Positions 61,690 through 64,000 of a DNA stretch of 64,000 bases are shown in pieces. Source of the stretch: Torpedo marmorata (taxonomy: Eukaryota). Every line of letters begins with the position of its first letter. The stretch's first letter is position 1. The notes below the pieces were generated by a model that worked only from the letters and a program-made list of their open reading frames with translations, made no database searches and was not told the DNA's origin. Both the position numbers and the translations under genes were made by a program. Location of the stretch: the NCBI GenBank assembly GCA_977017645.1, contig OZ360227.1, positions 24,118,001 to 24,182,000 on the forward strand, written 5' to 3'.

Positions 61690-62190
61690 GATCTCCTCTC
61701 GTACCCAAAGGTAGAAGGCGGGAGGTTGGGACAGAGCCTCAAGATTCGGGGGAGGAGAGAGCAGTGAATTTTTGGAATTCTCTGCCCAAGGAAGCAATAG
61801 AGGCTGCCTCATTAAGCGCATTTAAAACAGAAATACAGTTAAAACCCCGGTATCCGGCACCTATGGGGAATTCATAGATGCCGGATAAGTGAATTTTCCG
61901 GTTGCATGAGATTGCGTGTTGTGTGGATTGGCGAACTGGCCACTAGGGGTGACAATTTTAAACTTTTGTATTTTTTTACCTACTTATTTTCCGTGATTTT
62001 ATTTTTGCCGGTTGCTTGAATTCCGGGTAACGGGGATTTTACTGTACAAAGGTTTTTGAATAATAAGGGTTATGGGGAAAGGGCAGGTTGGTGGAGATGA
62101 GTCCATGACCATATTATTGAATGAAGGAGCAGGCTCAACAGACCAGATAGTCTGCCCCTGCTTCTATTTCTGATGCTGCTGTTATGCTCT
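61690..62190 (+). mobile_element. CR1 3' fragment
   Basis: VNFWNSLPKEAIEAASL; 3' UTR like that of 36140-36300. Confidence 0.75.
61836..62044. mobile_element. Tigger-type MITE
   Basis: Imperfect TIR CAGTTAAAACCCC / GGGGATTTTACTG, TA TSD. Confidence 0.8.
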
Positions 62191-62571
62191 CTTCCAGCAG
62201 GGACAAGCTCTGAACTGAGGGAATGAAATGTTTGGGGTCCTGACTCTTTTTACCAAGAGCCCTGTGCTGTCTGCTGATTGTGTTTGATTGGACTGAGGAA
62301 GTTCGAACTCGAGGTTCACAAATGCTTGACAGTGTTTCCAATAAACTAAACTTTCAGAAAAAGGAGAACGTGACGAAAGTTGCAAATCCATCGTAAAACG
62401 AATGCCTGTATCTCAAGCATTGTTTTATCCACGTGTTTTGTGATTGATATTTCTATTGCTCTGTACAAAATATTAACTTTTATATTTTTATATCAAATGC
62501 AATGGAAATCCTTTACAACAATGTTCCTTGTATAGTCACAAGTTATGCTCTTTATCCATTTTTTTTGGCAG

Positions 62572-62694
62572 GATCATCGTTTTAAAGCTCTCTGCTCTCT
62601 TGTGTCTACTTTGTGCTTTGGGAACCTTTTAATGAAGGAAATGTCCAGAGGGTCACCCCCCAGAGCAGCCACCCTTCCAGTGAGGGCATTTTAA
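62572..62694 (+). CDS. AHR: Candidate AHR terminal exon 11 (coding part)
   Basis: T-rich tract + GGCAG acceptor; phase-0 reading DHRFKALCS...VRAF*; followed by an AT-rich UTR-like stretch and AATAAA. No recognisable protein homology. Confidence 0.4.
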   Translation, partial: DHRFKALCSLVSTLCFGNLLMKEMSRGSPPRAATLPVRAF

Positions 62695-62987
62695 CTGATC
62701 ACTCAGTATTAATTGAAATGTAAAGATATTTACATTGGAGCCTAAATATCCAAGTTCAGAAGTGCTGTTAGCAGGCGGGTATAAAGTCACTACCCAGCAA
62801 GATGGAGGTTGGAGTTCCCTCAGTTTAACATTCTGAATCTTCTGAAGTTGAAACTCTTTTAAGAAAAGAACAACGCAAACATTTCAACTTTTTAAGCTAT
62901 TAATGTATTAAATCAATACTTTAAAGACAATAATTGTGTATAACATTGTATTTGAGGAAGATTGTGTTTTGATATTACAAATGTCAC

Positions 62988-62993
62988 AATAAA
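62988..62993 (+). terminator. Candidate polyadenylation signal of AHR
   Basis: AATAAA followed by T/GT-rich sequence about 300 bp after the candidate stop. Confidence 0.4.
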
Positions 62994-63180
62994 GAACATA
63001 TCTGTTATCTGTTCAGGTTAATCATCCCGATCCTTTTCAGTCCTGTATAATCTCCCAGTTTATCGCTGCCTTTTACTTAAATGTGTTGTTTTACGTATCT
63101 AAAAACAGTTGGCTGTTGACAAATTGTATGATTTTACAACATTAAAGCAGCTTTTCAGGAGAAAAATCTTCATCCCCGCT

Positions 63181-63434
63181 TTTTTAAATTTTAAATTTAG
63201 ACACACAGTACGGTAACAGTCCCTTTCGGCCCACAAGCCCGTGCCACCCAAATACACCCATTTGACTTTCACCCCCGGTATGTTTTTGAATGGTAGGAGG
63301 AAACCGGAGCAACCGGAGGAAACCCACGCAGACACGAGGAGAACATACAAACTCCTTACAGACAGCAGTGGATTTGAACCACAGTCGCTGGCGCTGTAAC
63401 AGCGTTGCACTAACCGCTACGCTAAATGTGCCGC
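63181..63434 (-). mobile_element. HE1-like V-SINE
   Basis: Complete head, V-domain and tail. Confidence 0.9.
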
Positions 63435-64000
63435 ACTTAGTTTTTCTTTTTCTTTTTTTTTAATCCCCATACGGTTTTATTTTCTACGTCAATGAAGTGA
63501 GAGAGTACTGAATCTCGAGGTCCCTCACACTGGGTAGACGTTTAAAATAGCTGCTCTCCCCGTTCTGGTTGATTCTCTTTTCCTCTCTCTGCATTCCGCT
63601 GGTGCGTGTGTGGTGTAGTGTAGAGAGCACTGCCTCCATGAACCTCTTTGTGAAAGATCCCAGGCAGCTAGTGTTGGCATGTGCGTAGTAGTGTTACGGA
63701 GAGAGACTATGGAAATAGGCCCTGGGACCCAATCAGTCCGTGCCAACTGCCAGGCACCCATTGACGTGGGATAAGAGTAACTGGTCAGCATGGACAGAGT
63801 GGGCTGAAGGGCCTGTTTCACCACTGTATGTATCTGAGGAGGCTGGGATGCAATAGTCTGCTCCTGGTAAGTCATAGAGAGACACCTTCGGGACACCAAC
63901 TCTATGCTGGCCATCAACCACTCATTTACACTAATCCTACATTATTCCTTATATTTTTATTTTCCCAACAGTCTCATTAGCTCCCCAACCCCAAAGATTA

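Overview
Vertebrate genomic DNA, most likely an elasmobranch (shark or ray), judged from HE1-like V-SINEs, CR1/HER1, Rex1/Babar and Penelope repeats. The window holds most of one + strand aryl hydrocarbon receptor gene (AHR2-like): exons 3-10 with canonical AG/GT sites and consistent phases, plus a tentative last exon near 62.6 kb. Exons 1-2 (bHLH) were not found and presumably lie upstream. The introns are mostly transposable elements. These include a five-level nest in intron 3 (Rex1 > solo LTR > Rex1 > L1 > Tc2-type MITE), two RT-less Gypsy proviruses with paired LTRs, PBS and TSD (one carrying CTCF-like motifs), and Penelope remnants with hammerhead-ribozyme-like motifs and palindromic mini-copies. 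There is also an ORF-less ~0.8 kb retroposon with YY1-like motifs at its head, plus hAT and Tigger MITEs. One 157-N gap. No CRISPR, rRNA or true tRNA genes. No clearly new multi-gene system was seen; the best leads are the ribozyme-bearing Penelope derivatives, the ORF-less retroposon and an unusual AHR pocket residue. All calls were made by eye; repeat boundaries without a stated TSD are approximate.
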